64,000 nucleotides of DNA, taken from Rhodospirillales bacterium (GTDB taxonomy: Bacteria > Pseudomonadota > Alphaproteobacteria > Kiloniellales > JAKSDN01). The translations under genes and the position numbers were made by a program. The DNA lies in NCBI GenBank assembly GCA_965225935.1, contig CBDDCC010000013.1, positions 517,100 through 581,099 of the forward strand, in the 5' to 3' direction. Below are positions 32,919 to 42,182 of the stretch, in pieces. Under the pieces are notes generated by a model. It saw only the letters and a program-made list of their open reading frames with translations, was not told the origin of the DNA and did no database searches. The stretch's first letter is position 1. Each line of letters starts with the position of its first letter.

Positions 32919-34601
32919 ATGGCGAAGGCGGAGCTGAAGAGCGGCGGCGAACTGCTGGTGGAGGCCCTGCGGCTCAACGGCACCGAGCACGTCTTCTGCG
33001 TGCCGGGCGAGAGCTACCTGGCGGTGCTCGACGCGCTGGTCGACGTGCCGGAGATCGCGGTCACCGCCTGCCGCCAGGAGGGCGGGGCGGCGATCATGGC
33101 CGAGGCCGTCGGCAAGCTCACCGGCCGGCCCGGCGTCTGCCTGGTGACCCGGGGGCCGGGGGCGACCAACGCCGCGGCCGGGGTCCACATCGCCTTTCAG
33201 GACTCGACGCCCATGATCCTGCTGATCGGCCAGGTCGCCCGCGACATGCGCGAGCGCGAGGCCTTTCAGGAGATCGACTACCGGCGCATGTTCGGCCAGA
33301 TGGCGAAGTGGGTGGCCGAGATCGACAGCGCCGAGCGGGTGCAGGAGTTCATGAGCCGCGCCTTCCACACGGCGACCGCGGGGCGGCCCGGCCCGGTGGT
33401 GCTCGCGCTGCCCGAGGACATGCTGACCGAGCGGGCCGAGGCACGGCTGTCCGATCCCTGGCGGCCGGTGGAGGCCCATCCCGGCTCGGGCGATCTGGCG
33501 CGCCTCGAGGCGCTCCTGGCCGAGGCCGAGCGCCCCTTCGCCGTGGTCGGCGGCGGCGGCTGGGACGCCGAGGCCTGCCTCAACTTCCAGCGCTTCGCCG
33601 AGGCCTGGCGGCTGCCCGTCGGCGCCTCCTTCCGCTGCCAGTCCTACTTCGACAACGACCATCCCAACTACGTGGGCCACGTGGGTATCGCCATGAGTCC
33701 CGGTCTGCGCGAGCGCATTCTCGACGCCGATCTGCTGCTGCTGGTGGGCACGCGCATGGGCGAGACCACCTCCGACGGCTACCGCCTGCTCGACATCCCC
33801 AGGCCCCGGCAGCGCCTGGTCCACGTCTATCCCGGCGCCGAGGAGCTGGGACGCGTCTACCAGCCGACGCTTGCGATCCAGTCCGGCATGAAGGCCTTCG
33901 CCGCGGCGGTGGCCGACAGCGCGCCCGCCGCGCGGCCGGCTTGGCGCGAGCGCCTGGAGGCGGCCCGGGCCGACTTCGAGGCCTGGGGGGAGCCGGTCGC
34001 CAACCCCGGCTCGTTGCAGCTTGCCGAGGTCATGGCCATTCTGCGCCGCACCCTGCCGGGCGACGCCATCGTCACCAACGGCGCCGGCAACTACACGGTC
34101 TGGCTCCACCGCTTTTTCCGCTACCGCCGCTACCGCAGCCAGCTCGCCCCGACCTCGGGCTCCATGGGCTACGGCGTGCCGGCGGCGGTCGCCGCCAAGC
34201 GGCTCCATCCCGAGCGCACGGTAGTGGCCTTCGCTGGCGACGGCTGCTTCCAGATGACCGGACAGGAGCTCGCCACCGCCGTGCAGTACGGCGCCAACAT
34301 CATCGTCGTGGTGGTCAACAACGGCATGTGGGGCACCATCCGCATGCACCAGGAGCGGAGCTACCCCGGCCGGGTCAGCGCCACGGAGCTGGTCAACCCG
34401 GATTTCGCCAAGCTGGCCCAGGCCTACGGCGCCCACGGCGAGCGGGTCGAGGCCACGGAGGACTTCGCCCCGGCCTACGAGCGGGCCCGCGCCGCCGGAC
34501 GCCCGGCGCTGATCGAGCTCCGCCTCGACCCGGAGGCCCTCACCGTCAGCGAGAGCCTGAGCGAGATCCGGGCGAAGGCCCTGGCGGCCCGGGAGAGGTG
34601 A
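32919..34601 (+). CDS. Thiamine pyrophosphate-binding protein (acetolactate synthase-like)
   Basis: VPGESYL, RQEGGA, TRGPGATN and GDG-x-NN TPP motif. Confidence 0.92.
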   Translation: MAKAELKSGGELLVEALRLNGTEHVFCVPGESYLAVLDALVDVPEIAVTACRQEGGAAIMAEAVGKLTGRPGVCLVTRGPGATNAAAGVHIAFQDSTPMILLIGQVARDMREREAFQEIDYRRMFGQMAKWVAEIDSAERVQEFMSRAFHTATAGRPGPVVLALPEDMLTERAEARLSDPWRPVEAHPGSGDLARLEALLAEAERPFAVVGGGGWDAEACLNFQRFAEAWRLPVGASFRCQSYFDNDHPNYVGHVGIAMSPGLRERILDADLLLLVGTRMGETTSDGYRLLDIPRPRQRLVHVYPGAEELGRVYQPTLAIQSGMKAFAAAVADSAPAARPAWRERLEAARADFEAWGEPVANPGSLQLAEVMAILRRTLPGDAIVTNGAGNYTVWLHRFFRYRRYRSQLAPTSGSMGYGVPAAVAAKRLHPERTVVAFAGDGCFQMTGQELATAVQYGANIIVVVVNNGMWGTIRMHQERSYPGRVSATELVNPDFAKLAQAYGAHGERVEATEDFAPAYERARAAGRPALIELRLDPEALTVSESLSEIRAKALAARER

Positions 34602-35113
34602 GCGCACGCCGGTCCCGGGTTCGCGTCTCCCGCTGTGTCGCACTCGTCTTTCTGTCCCTGACCGCTGTTTCACCAGCAGGCGGCGAATGGAGCGAGCCGC
34701 CCGGCGAGCCCGATCCGGGGGCGGCCGCCCGCCAGGCCTTCGCCCGGAGCTGCGGCCCTTGCCACGCCGGGCCGGCGACTGGATCGGCCGAGGCGCCGGT
34801 CAACTTCTTGAACCCCGCAGGCGGCGCGCCGGCCGAGGCCATCGCCCGCTGCGCCGAGCGCATCGCCGCGCGCCTCGCCCTCTGGGACTGGCCGGAGACC
34901 TTGCGCCCCCGGGATCCCATGCCGCCCGCGGACTGGCTGAGGGAGGCCGGCCTTGGCCCGGATGCGTGGCGCGCAAGCGAGGACCGGGCCGTGCTGCATG
35001 CCTACGTCGCCGGCTTGCTGGCGCTCACCGGCTCGTCCTTCGCCCGTGCCGAGCGGACCGCCGGGCTCGACTACGACGCCTTGCGGCCCTGCCTTGAAGA
35101 GGCGCAACCTTGA
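34598..35113 (+). CDS. Putative exported monoheme c-type cytochrome
   Basis: GTG start overlapping the upstream TGA, hydrophobic leader, CGPCH (CxxCH) and downstream PMPP; it is the C-terminal part of track ORF 33308..35113. Confidence 0.6.
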   Translation: MSARRSRVRVSRCVALVFLSLTAVSPAGGEWSEPPGEPDPGAAARQAFARSCGPCHAGPATGSAEAPVNFLNPAGGAPAEAIARCAERIAARLALWDWPETLRPRDPMPPADWLREAGLGPDAWRASEDRAVLHAYVAGLLALTGSSFARAERTAGLDYDALRPCLEEAQP

Positions 35114-35188
35114 ACGGTCCCGGCGCGCGCCTGATACACCAGACCGCCAGCGCCAGACCACGAGCGCGCCAGACCACGAGGAGGTCCC

Positions 35189-36337
35189 ATGTCCGAGCGT
35201 TCCGAGCTTTCGCCCCGCTCCCTCGCTGCCCAGGCCGGGCACGCCGTCGACCCGGCGACGGGCGGCGTCGTGCCGCCGCTGCAGCCTTCCACCACTTTCG
35301 CCCGCGACGCGGCCTACGAATTGATCGGCGTGCACAGCTACAGCCGCTCGGGCAGCTCCGGCGGCGACCGGGTGGAGGCACTCGTGGCGCAGCTCGATGG
35401 CGGCGCCGAGGCCCGGGTCTTCGGCTCCGGCATGGCGGCCGTCGTCGCCCTCTTCGAGACCCTGGAGACGGGCCAGCACGTGGTGGCGCCCACCATCATG
35501 TACCACGGCGCCCAGGACTGGCTCAGACGTCTCTCCGAGCGGCGGGGCATCGGCCTCACCCTGTTCGAGGCGGCCGACCCTAACGCGCTGTCGGCTGCGA
35601 TCCGGCCCGGCGAGACGGCGGTCGTCTGGATCGAGACGCCGGTCAACCCGACCTGGGACGTGATCGACATCGCCGCCGCGGCCGAGGCGGCCCATGGGGC
35701 CGGCGCGCTCTTGGCGGTCGACGCCACGGCGGCGACGCCGGTCCTCACCCGGCCGCTCGCCTTGGGTGCCGACCTGGTGTTCCATTCGGCCACCAAGTAT
35801 CTCAATGGCCACAGCGACCTGACCGCCGGCGTGCTGGTGACCGGCCGGCCCGACGCTCGCTGGCAGGAGATCGCCCAGGTGCGCCGCATGATGGGCGGCG
35901 TGCTGGGCGCCTTCGAGGCCTGGCTGCTGCTGCGGGGCTTGCGCACCCTCTACCTGCGGGTCGAGCAGGCCGCGGCCGGCGCGCTCCGGATCGCCCGCCA
36001 CTTCGAGAGGCACCCGAAGCTGGCGGCGGTGCTCTATCCGGGCCTGGAGAGCCATCCCGGCCACGCCATCGCCAAGCGCCAGATGACGGGCGGCTTCGGC
36101 GGCATGCTCTCGCTCCTGGTCGACGGCGACGCCGCGGCTGCCAAGGCCATCGCCGGCCGCGCGCGCCTCTTCGTGCCCGCCACGTCGCTGGGCGGCGTCG
36201 AGAGCCTGATCGAGCACCGCGCCACCATCGAGGGGCCCCACTCCCAGGTGCCGGCCAACCTGCTCCGCCTCTCCGTCGGCATCGAGGACCCCGAGGACCT
36301 GATCGCCGACCTGGAGCGGGCGCTCGAAGCGGGCTGA
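35189..36337 (+). CDS. Cys/Met metabolism PLP enzyme (cystathionine gamma-synthase/lyase family)
   Basis: SGMAA, ETPVNP, HSATKYLNGHSD, SLGGVESL and RLSVGIE motifs. Confidence 0.92.
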   Translation: MSERSELSPRSLAAQAGHAVDPATGGVVPPLQPSTTFARDAAYELIGVHSYSRSGSSGGDRVEALVAQLDGGAEARVFGSGMAAVVALFETLETGQHVVAPTIMYHGAQDWLRRLSERRGIGLTLFEAADPNALSAAIRPGETAVVWIETPVNPTWDVIDIAAAAEAAHGAGALLAVDATAATPVLTRPLALGADLVFHSATKYLNGHSDLTAGVLVTGRPDARWQEIAQVRRMMGGVLGAFEAWLLLRGLRTLYLRVEQAAAGALRIARHFERHPKLAAVLYPGLESHPGHAIAKRQMTGGFGGMLSLLVDGDAAAAKAIAGRARLFVPATSLGGVESLIEHRATIEGPHSQVPANLLRLSVGIEDPEDLIADLERALEAG

Positions 36338-36341
36338 GGTC

Positions 36342-36962
36342 GTGGACGACCAGGCCATAAGCGATCCGCCGGCGGCGCTCGCGGCTATCTCACGCGACGG
36401 CAGGGGCCTCGGCTTCTCGGCCGCCTCGGAGCCGCGGATCGGCGCCTTGCTGCGCGCGCTGGCGGCGAGCAGGCCGGGCGGGCGGCTGCTGGAGCTGGGC
36501 ACCGGCACGGGGCTCGCCACCGCCTGGCTGCTGGACGGCATGGACGAAGGCGCGGCGCTCACCAGCGTCGACGAGGATGCCGAGACCGTCGCCGTGGCGC
36601 GGCGCCACCTGGGCGCCGACCCGCGCCTCACCCTGGCGGTGGCCGAGGGCGGCACCTGGCTGCGCGATGCCGGGGACGGCCCCTACGACCTCATCTTCGC
36701 CGATACCTGGCCCGGCAAGTTCCGGGATTTCGAGGCCGCCTGGCGGTTGCTGGCGGTCGGCGGGCTCTACGTGATCGACGACCTGCTGCCTCAGGCCAAC
36801 TGGCCCGCCGGTCACGGCGACGCGGTCGCACGACTGTTGAGCGAGCTGGAGGAACGCGGCGACTGCCGCCTGGTGCGGCTGGCTTGGGCGAGCGGCCTGG
36901 CTATCGCCGTGAAGACGGGTGGGGGCGGCTGCTCCGCCGCCCCCTCGGACAGCTCCCGCTGA
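36342..36962 (+). CDS. SAM-dependent O-methyltransferase
   Basis: LELGTGTG, DLIFAD and GGLYVIDD motifs. Confidence 0.85.
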   Translation: MDDQAISDPPAALAAISRDGRGLGFSAASEPRIGALLRALAASRPGGRLLELGTGTGLATAWLLDGMDEGAALTSVDEDAETVAVARRHLGADPRLTLAVAEGGTWLRDAGDGPYDLIFADTWPGKFRDFEAAWRLLAVGGLYVIDDLLPQANWPAGHGDAVARLLSELEERGDCRLVRLAWASGLAIAVKTGGGGCSAAPSDSSR

Positions 36963-36972
36963 GCCTTTCCGC

Positions 36973-37641
36973 CTACGCCCTTTGAAGGCGCGTGGCGCCG
37001 GAGCGCAGGCGCAGGACCTGGCGCAGGGCCGCCAGGTGGAGGAGGATGAAGAGCGGCACGCCGAAGCCCGGGATGAGGAAGAGGGGCCAGACCTCCATGG
37101 GCGCGCTGCTCGGGCTGCCGGCATGGATCGCCGGGATGGCGCCGGAAGCGAGCATGGCCGTGCCGACCGCGGCGACGAAGTCCAGCAGCCCCAGCAGGTG
37201 GAACCAGAGATAGCCCCGGCTGGCTGCAAAGCTCGGATCGCGGGCGAGACGGGCGGCGACGAAGGGCGCGGCCAGGCCGATGGCCACGTCGCCCAGCCCC
37301 GCCGGCCAGGCGAAGAGGCCCGGTAGCACGCCGTAGGCATAGAGCGGCAGGAAGGCGAAGCCGATCACCCGCCAGCTCTGGAACAGGGTCAGCATGCGCA
37401 GGTCGAGGGAGCCGAACCAGTTCCGCAGGCGGGGCAGGACTGCGTAGGCCGCCGCGAAGGCGGCGAGGGGCACGGCGATCCCCAGCAGCACCGGCCGCAG
37501 GGCCTGGTCCGGGTCCGTGGCCAGCAGGCCTGTCGCGCCGACGGCGGCGGCGATGGCGAAGGCGGCCGCCAGGACCGCCGCCAGCCAGGTTCTCGCGGCG
37601 GGGGTCAGCCGCAGGTCGAAGCTTTCATCGGATGTCCACAT
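36973..37641 (-). CDS. Hypothetical membrane protein downstream of MarR
   Basis: About 6 TM segments; Q..RV.G..FL and P..FAWPAG.GD pattern. Confidence 0.75.
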   Translation of the reverse strand: MWTSDESFDLRLTPAARTWLAAVLAAAFAIAAAVGATGLLATDPDQALRPVLLGIAVPLAAFAAAYAVLPRLRNWFGSLDLRMLTLFQSWRVIGFAFLPLYAYGVLPGLFAWPAGLGDVAIGLAAPFVAARLARDPSFAASRGYLWFHLLGLLDFVAAVGTAMLASGAIPAIHAGSPSSAPMEVWPLFLIPGFGVPLFILLHLAALRQVLRLRSGATRLQRA

Positions 37642-37668
37642 GGTCTTGATCCTTGTCCTGAGGGTTGA

Positions 37669-37686
37669 TAAGTGTATCTACACTTA
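37669..37686. promoter_or_regulatory. Perfect palindrome TAAGTGTA-TC-TACACTTA, probable MarR operator
   Basis: 8-bp inverted repeat upstream of the membrane protein gene; a related copy lies at 38166-38183. Confidence 0.65.
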
Positions 37687-37701
37687 ATTTGAGAAAATTT
37701 T

Positions 37702-38163
37702 CTATATTAGAAGGTCGACGGCCTCGCTCAGCTCGTGCAGCAGGCGCTCGCTGCGCGCCGCGCCCAGCTTGCGGCGCACCCGGTTCTGGGCCTTGCGCCA
37801 GTCCGGATAGGCCCGGGCGAGCAGGGCGTGGCCTTCGTCCGTCGCCTGGACCAGTCGGGTGCGCCGGTCCTCGCCGGGGGCGACGGTGACCAGCCCCTGG
37901 CGGGCCAGGGCGGCCAGGTTGCGGGTCAGGGTCGTGCGGTCCGTCACCATGGCCTTCGCCAGGTCCTGGATGGTGACCGGCTCCATGAGGCGCAGCGCCA
38001 CCAGCAGGGAGAACTGGGTCATGCGCAGGCCGAAGGGGCGCAGCGCCGCGTCGTAGTACTGCATGACGGCCCGGTCGGCGCGGCGCAGCCGGTTGGCGAC
38101 GCAGCCTTCGGCGATCTCGCGCGCGCCCTTGAGGTGCAGCCTGCCGGTCCGTCTTTGTGCCAT
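37702..38163 (-). CDS. MarR family transcriptional regulator
   Basis: C...LRRA.R, GL..TQFSLL, DRTTLTRNL and EDRR motifs. Confidence 0.9.
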   Translation of the reverse strand: MAQRRTGRLHLKGAREIAEGCVANRLRRADRAVMQYYDAALRPFGLRMTQFSLLVALRLMEPVTIQDLAKAMVTDRTTLTRNLAALARQGLVTVAPGEDRRTRLVQATDEGHALLARAYPDWRKAQNRVRRKLGAARSERLLHELSEAVDLLI

Positions 38164-38165
38164 GA

Positions 38166-38183
38166 TAGATGTATATGCACTTA
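38166..38183. promoter_or_regulatory. Second MarR operator copy (TAGATGTATATGCACTTA) directly before the marR start
   Basis: 14/18 identity to the 37669 palindrome. Confidence 0.6.
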
Positions 38184-38233
38184 ATCGGCGATGTTTCAAG
38201 AGGGTGCGGGCCGGGCGCGGCGGCGCTTTCGCG

Positions 38234-39133
38234 TCAGGCTGCGGGAACGGCGGCGAGCGGTGCGCCGGCGGGCGCTCGGAAGGCCTCGCGGATGGCGGCG
38301 GCCATGCTGTCGACGGCGCCGGAGCCGCCGTGGCCGAGGCGCAGCACGACGGTCGAGGCAGGCAGGTCCGAGAAGCCCTCCTCGGGCGTGAGGCGGCGGA
38401 CGCCCGGCGGCAGGGTGCTCTGGCCCAGGACGCCGACCGCGAGGCCCGAGGCCACCGCCGCCTGGATGCCGGCGATGCTGGCGCTGGCGTAGGCCACGCT
38501 GTAGGCGCGACCTCGCTCGTCCAGCAATCGGAGCGCCCAGTCCCGCCACCAGCAGTCCCGCTCGAACATGGCGAGCGGCAGGGGCGCGCGCTCGTGGGCC
38601 AGGTGCCGCACGGACGTGGCCCAGACCGTGGGGTCGTGGAACAGCACCTCGCCCCGGGACGCCGGCCCGCTGCCGCCCTGGTCCGAGACGAGGACCGCCA
38701 GGTCGAGCTCGCCCCGCTCCAGCGCCGGTCCGAAGGCCTGGCTGGTCTCGCAGCGCACGCTCACCTGGACGCCCGGGTGCCGGTCGGCGAAGCGGGCCAG
38801 CACGCCGGGCAGTAGCGTCGCGCCGTACTCCTCGGGCACGCCGACCCGGACCGCGCCCTCGACCGGCGGGCCGCGCAGGGCGTCGGCCGCCCGGTCCAGC
38901 AGCCGCACGATCCGGCGGGCCTCGGCCAGCAGCCGCTCGCCCGGGTCCGTCAGACGCACGCCGCGGGCCTGGCGGGCGAACAGGGGTTGGCCGACCGCGG
39001 CCTCGAGCCGCTTCATCTGCATGCTGATCGCCGACTGGGTGCGGCCGACCGTCTCGGCGGCGCGAGTGAAGCTGCCCGTGTCGGCGATGGCCAGGAAGGT
39101 GCGCAGCAGGTCGCTTTCGAGTGCTGGGGTCAT
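38234..39133 (-). CDS. LysR family transcriptional regulator
   Basis: LLRTF....GSFTRAA..VGRTQSAIS.Q.KRLE HTH. Confidence 0.93.
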   Translation of the reverse strand: MTPALESDLLRTFLAIADTGSFTRAAETVGRTQSAISMQMKRLEAAVGQPLFARQARGVRLTDPGERLLAEARRIVRLLDRAADALRGPPVEGAVRVGVPEEYGATLLPGVLARFADRHPGVQVSVRCETSQAFGPALERGELDLAVLVSDQGGSGPASRGEVLFHDPTVWATSVRHLAHERAPLPLAMFERDCWWRDWALRLLDERGRAYSVAYASASIAGIQAAVASGLAVGVLGQSTLPPGVRRLTPEEGFSDLPASTVVLRLGHGGSGAVDSMAAAIREAFRAPAGAPLAAVPAA

Positions 39134-39250
39134 GGGTTCGATCCAAGATATCAATTTAATTGATCAATCGATAAAATATTATTCGTTGGCCGAATGTCTT
39201 TCAAGCTGCCAATCTGCCCGCGCGATGCCGAATGACGGACGAAACGGGCG

Positions 39251-40321
39251 ATGACGGACATCTCGAAGCCAAACGGCGGGACGGCCCAAGGACGCGCGCC
39301 GTGGGGCTGGCGCCATTGGAGCCTCCTGCTTGCCGCCGCCGTGCTGGCCGGGCTGGCGCTCGCCCGCCCGGTGATCGCCTTCGAGACGGCCACTTTCGCC
39401 CTACGCAGTCTGGTCCTGCTGTCGCCGCTTCTGGCGTTCGCCGTCGGGCTCTCGGCCTTCATCCGGGCGAGCGGCCTCGACGGTCAGATCGCCCGGGTGT
39501 TCCGCGGCCGGCCTCTGGCAGTGATCCTCGCCGCCTCCCTCTTCGGCGCCCTGACGCCGGTCTGCGGCCTCGGCGTGCTGCCGCTGATCGCCGGGCTGCT
39601 GGCGGCCGGCGTGCCGCTGGCGCCGATCATGGCCTTCTGGCTCTCCTCGCCCATCACCGACCCCTCCATGCTGCTGATCACCGCCGGCACGCTCGGTCCG
39701 GTCTTCGCCCTGGCCAAGACCGTGGCCGCCTTCGCCGTCGGCCTCTTGGGCGGCCTGGCGACTGAGGCGTTGCAGGCGCGGGGCGCCTTCCCGGCGCCGC
39801 TCAAGCCCGCCGCGGTCTCGGCCGGCCGGCGCCGCGAGACCGGCGACTGCGGCACGGTCTGCTGCGGCGGGAAGGGGCCGGTCGTCTGGCGTTTCTGGCG
39901 GGATCCGGAACGCCGGGCCCAGTTCCTCGACGAGACCCGGGCCGCGGCGCTTTTGATCGCCAAGTGGCTGACCCTCGCCTTCGCCGCCGAGAGCCTGCTG
40001 CAGCGGGCCCTGCCGCCGGAGCTGATCGCCGGCTTCGTCGGCGGCGAGAACGCCTGGGCCATCCCGCTGGCGGTCGCCGTCGGCACGCCCATTTACCTGG
40101 ACGGCTACGCCGCGCTGCCCCTGGTGCGCGGCCTGATCGATCTCGGCATGTCGCCAGGCGCGGCCATGGCCTTCCTGGTCTCCGGCGGCATCACCAGCGC
40201 CTACGCCTCGGTCGCCGTCTTCGCCCTGGTGCGCCTGCCGGTCTTCGCCTGGTACCTGGCGCTCGCCGTCATCGGCTCGTTGATCGCCGGCTACGGCTTC
40301 CAGGCCGCCCTTGCCCTCTAG
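39251..40321 (+). CDS. Predicted permease (DUF318/ArsP-like)
   Basis: GALTPVCG, PLAPIMAFWLSSP, GTPIY and MAFLVSG motifs; divergent from LysR. Confidence 0.82.
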   Translation: MTDISKPNGGTAQGRAPWGWRHWSLLLAAAVLAGLALARPVIAFETATFALRSLVLLSPLLAFAVGLSAFIRASGLDGQIARVFRGRPLAVILAASLFGALTPVCGLGVLPLIAGLLAAGVPLAPIMAFWLSSPITDPSMLLITAGTLGPVFALAKTVAAFAVGLLGGLATEALQARGAFPAPLKPAAVSAGRRRETGDCGTVCCGGKGPVVWRFWRDPERRAQFLDETRAAALLIAKWLTLAFAAESLLQRALPPELIAGFVGGENAWAIPLAVAVGTPIYLDGYAALPLVRGLIDLGMSPGAAMAFLVSGGITSAYASVAVFALVRLPVFAWYLALAVIGSLIAGYGFQAALAL

Positions 40322-41568
40322 CCGGCGGTCTCGGGCGTCCCCACGACCCCGGCGTCGGCGAGTTCCGCGATCTCGGCCTCATCGTAGCCGCAGGCGGCGA
40401 GGGTCTCCCTCGTGTGCTCGCCGAAGAGGGGGGCGCCTTGCCGCCGCGGCCCCTCATGGCCGGAGAACTTGATGGGGCAGCCGATCGCCGGCACCCGTCC
40501 TTGGCTCCTGTGTTCTACCTCTGTCACCATCTTTCTCGCGGTCACCTGGGGATGGCGGTGCATCTCGTTGACGGTGAGGACAGGGCCGGCGGGCATGCCG
40601 GTCGCCTCCAGCGTTTCCATCCACTCGGCAGTAGTGCGGCCGCGGAATCGCTCGGTGAGGAGGGCGTCGAGGGCCGGCAGGTTCTTCATGCGCGCCGCCG
40701 CGTTGGAAAAGCGCGGGTCCTCGGCCAGCTCGGGGACCTCGAGGATCTCCAGCAGGCGCCGCCAATTGGCCTCGTTGGCGGTGCCAAGCGCCAGCCAGCC
40801 GTCCTTGGTCTCGAAGGCCTGGTAGGGGGCGTAGAGCGGGTGGGCCGTGCCAAGCGCCCGCGGCGTCTGGCCCGAGGCGAAGGCGAGCGCCGACTGCCAG
40901 TAGGTCATGATGACCCCGGCCTCCAGCAGGGAGGTGTCGACCTGCTGGCCGCGGCCGCTGCGGCCGCGCTCGTTCAGGGCCGCCAGCACGCCCAGCGCGC
41001 AGAGCAGGCCAGCGACGATGTCGGTCATGGGCGAGCCGCACTTGAGCGGCGGACGGTCGGGGCCCTCGCCGGTGATGCTCATGAGGCCGCTCATGGCCTG
41101 GGCCACCAAGTCGAAGCCGCCCCGCTCGCGCCAGGGGCCGGTCAGGCCGTAGCCGGTGATCGTGCCGTAGACCAGGTGGGGGTGGCGCGCCGAGACCTCT
41201 TCGTAGCCGAAGCCGAGGCGCGCGAGTACTCCCGGGCGGTAGTTCTCGATCAGCACGTCGGCCCGGGCCAGCAGGCGCTCCAGCACCTCTTTTCCGCGCG
41301 GGTCCTTGAGGTCGAGGGCGAGCGAGCGCTTGTTGCGGTTGACCGTCATGAAGCTCGCGGTCTGATCGCCGATCCAGTCCTCGGCGACGGTGTCGTAGCG
41401 GGTCGTCTCGCCCCGCGGCGGCCGCTCCACCTTGATCACCTCGGCCCCCAGGTCGGCCAGCATCAGCCCGCAGGTAGGGGCGGCCAGGATGTGGGACAGC
41501 TCGATCACCCGGATCCCCGCCAAGGGCCCCTGGCCGCTGCCGGCCGGCTCGTCGTCGCTCGCGTTCAT
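40318..41568 (-). CDS. CaiB/BaiF family III CoA-transferase
   Basis: PLAGIRVIE, LADLGAEVIKVE, NRNKRS, ENYRPG and GFD motifs. Confidence 0.93.
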   Translation of the reverse strand: MNASDDEPAGSGQGPLAGIRVIELSHILAAPTCGLMLADLGAEVIKVERPPRGETTRYDTVAEDWIGDQTASFMTVNRNKRSLALDLKDPRGKEVLERLLARADVLIENYRPGVLARLGFGYEEVSARHPHLVYGTITGYGLTGPWRERGGFDLVAQAMSGLMSITGEGPDRPPLKCGSPMTDIVAGLLCALGVLAALNERGRSGRGQQVDTSLLEAGVIMTYWQSALAFASGQTPRALGTAHPLYAPYQAFETKDGWLALGTANEANWRRLLEILEVPELAEDPRFSNAAARMKNLPALDALLTERFRGRTTAEWMETLEATGMPAGPVLTVNEMHRHPQVTARKMVTEVEHRSQGRVPAIGCPIKFSGHEGPRRQGAPLFGEHTRETLAACGYDEAEIAELADAGVVGTPETAG

Positions 41569-42038
41569 GGGCAGACGCCTCCCTCGTCGTTCACCGTTGG
41601 CCACGGTAGACGGCGCGCGCACGGAAGGGAACGCCGCCCAGCGCGAGCGGCGGGAGCGGTTCGTCGACACGAGAGAAGTTCAGGGGGTCTGGCAGTAGGC
41701 GCCCCTCCGGGCTGTGGTGAAGGACGAGTCCGAGCTCGACGGCGACTTCAAACCCGTGGTGGTCCTAGTTGTCGAACACGGGGATGGTAGGGTGCACATG
41801 AAGTGGATGAACAAGACGCTCAGTGACAGCCCCGCCAGTATCGACCGGAGGACGACGCTCTCGGGCGCCCCGGCGCGCGGCACCGAGAAGGTCGTGTTCG
41901 TCGGGTCGGAGGCCGGCCGGCGGGCCCGGCCGCCGAGGACGCGGAGTTCGAAAGCGCGGAGTTCGAGGAGGTCGGAAGCGGCTGAGATGTCCCGCGTCAG
42001 GATTGCTGGCAACCCTGGCCAGGTCAGCTGGGTTTCCT

Positions 42039-42065
42039 ATGTCGGCTTTGCGGACAACAGCGGAT
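42039..42065 (+). repeat. Degenerate palindromic repeat GTCnGCTTT-N9-AGCGGA, left copy
   Basis: 18/27 identity to 43991-44017; the pair brackets the lower-GC cyclase gene. Confidence 0.45.
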
Positions 42066-42182
42066 GTTCTGACCCACCTTTTGGACTGGCCGAGAGTAGC
42101 CATTTCCGGTCAATGGAGGGTTTCCAAGTAGCGTAGATTCTCGAACCCATGGCCGTTAGTCTCCGTTCGAGGGAGAGACGGT

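Noticed and set aside
41640-42012. Possible frameshifted pseudogene on the minus strand (…VLFIHFM / TIPVFDN*DHHGFEVAVELGLV…)
   Set aside because: The codon pattern is gene-like, but I cannot assign a family, so there is not enough support.
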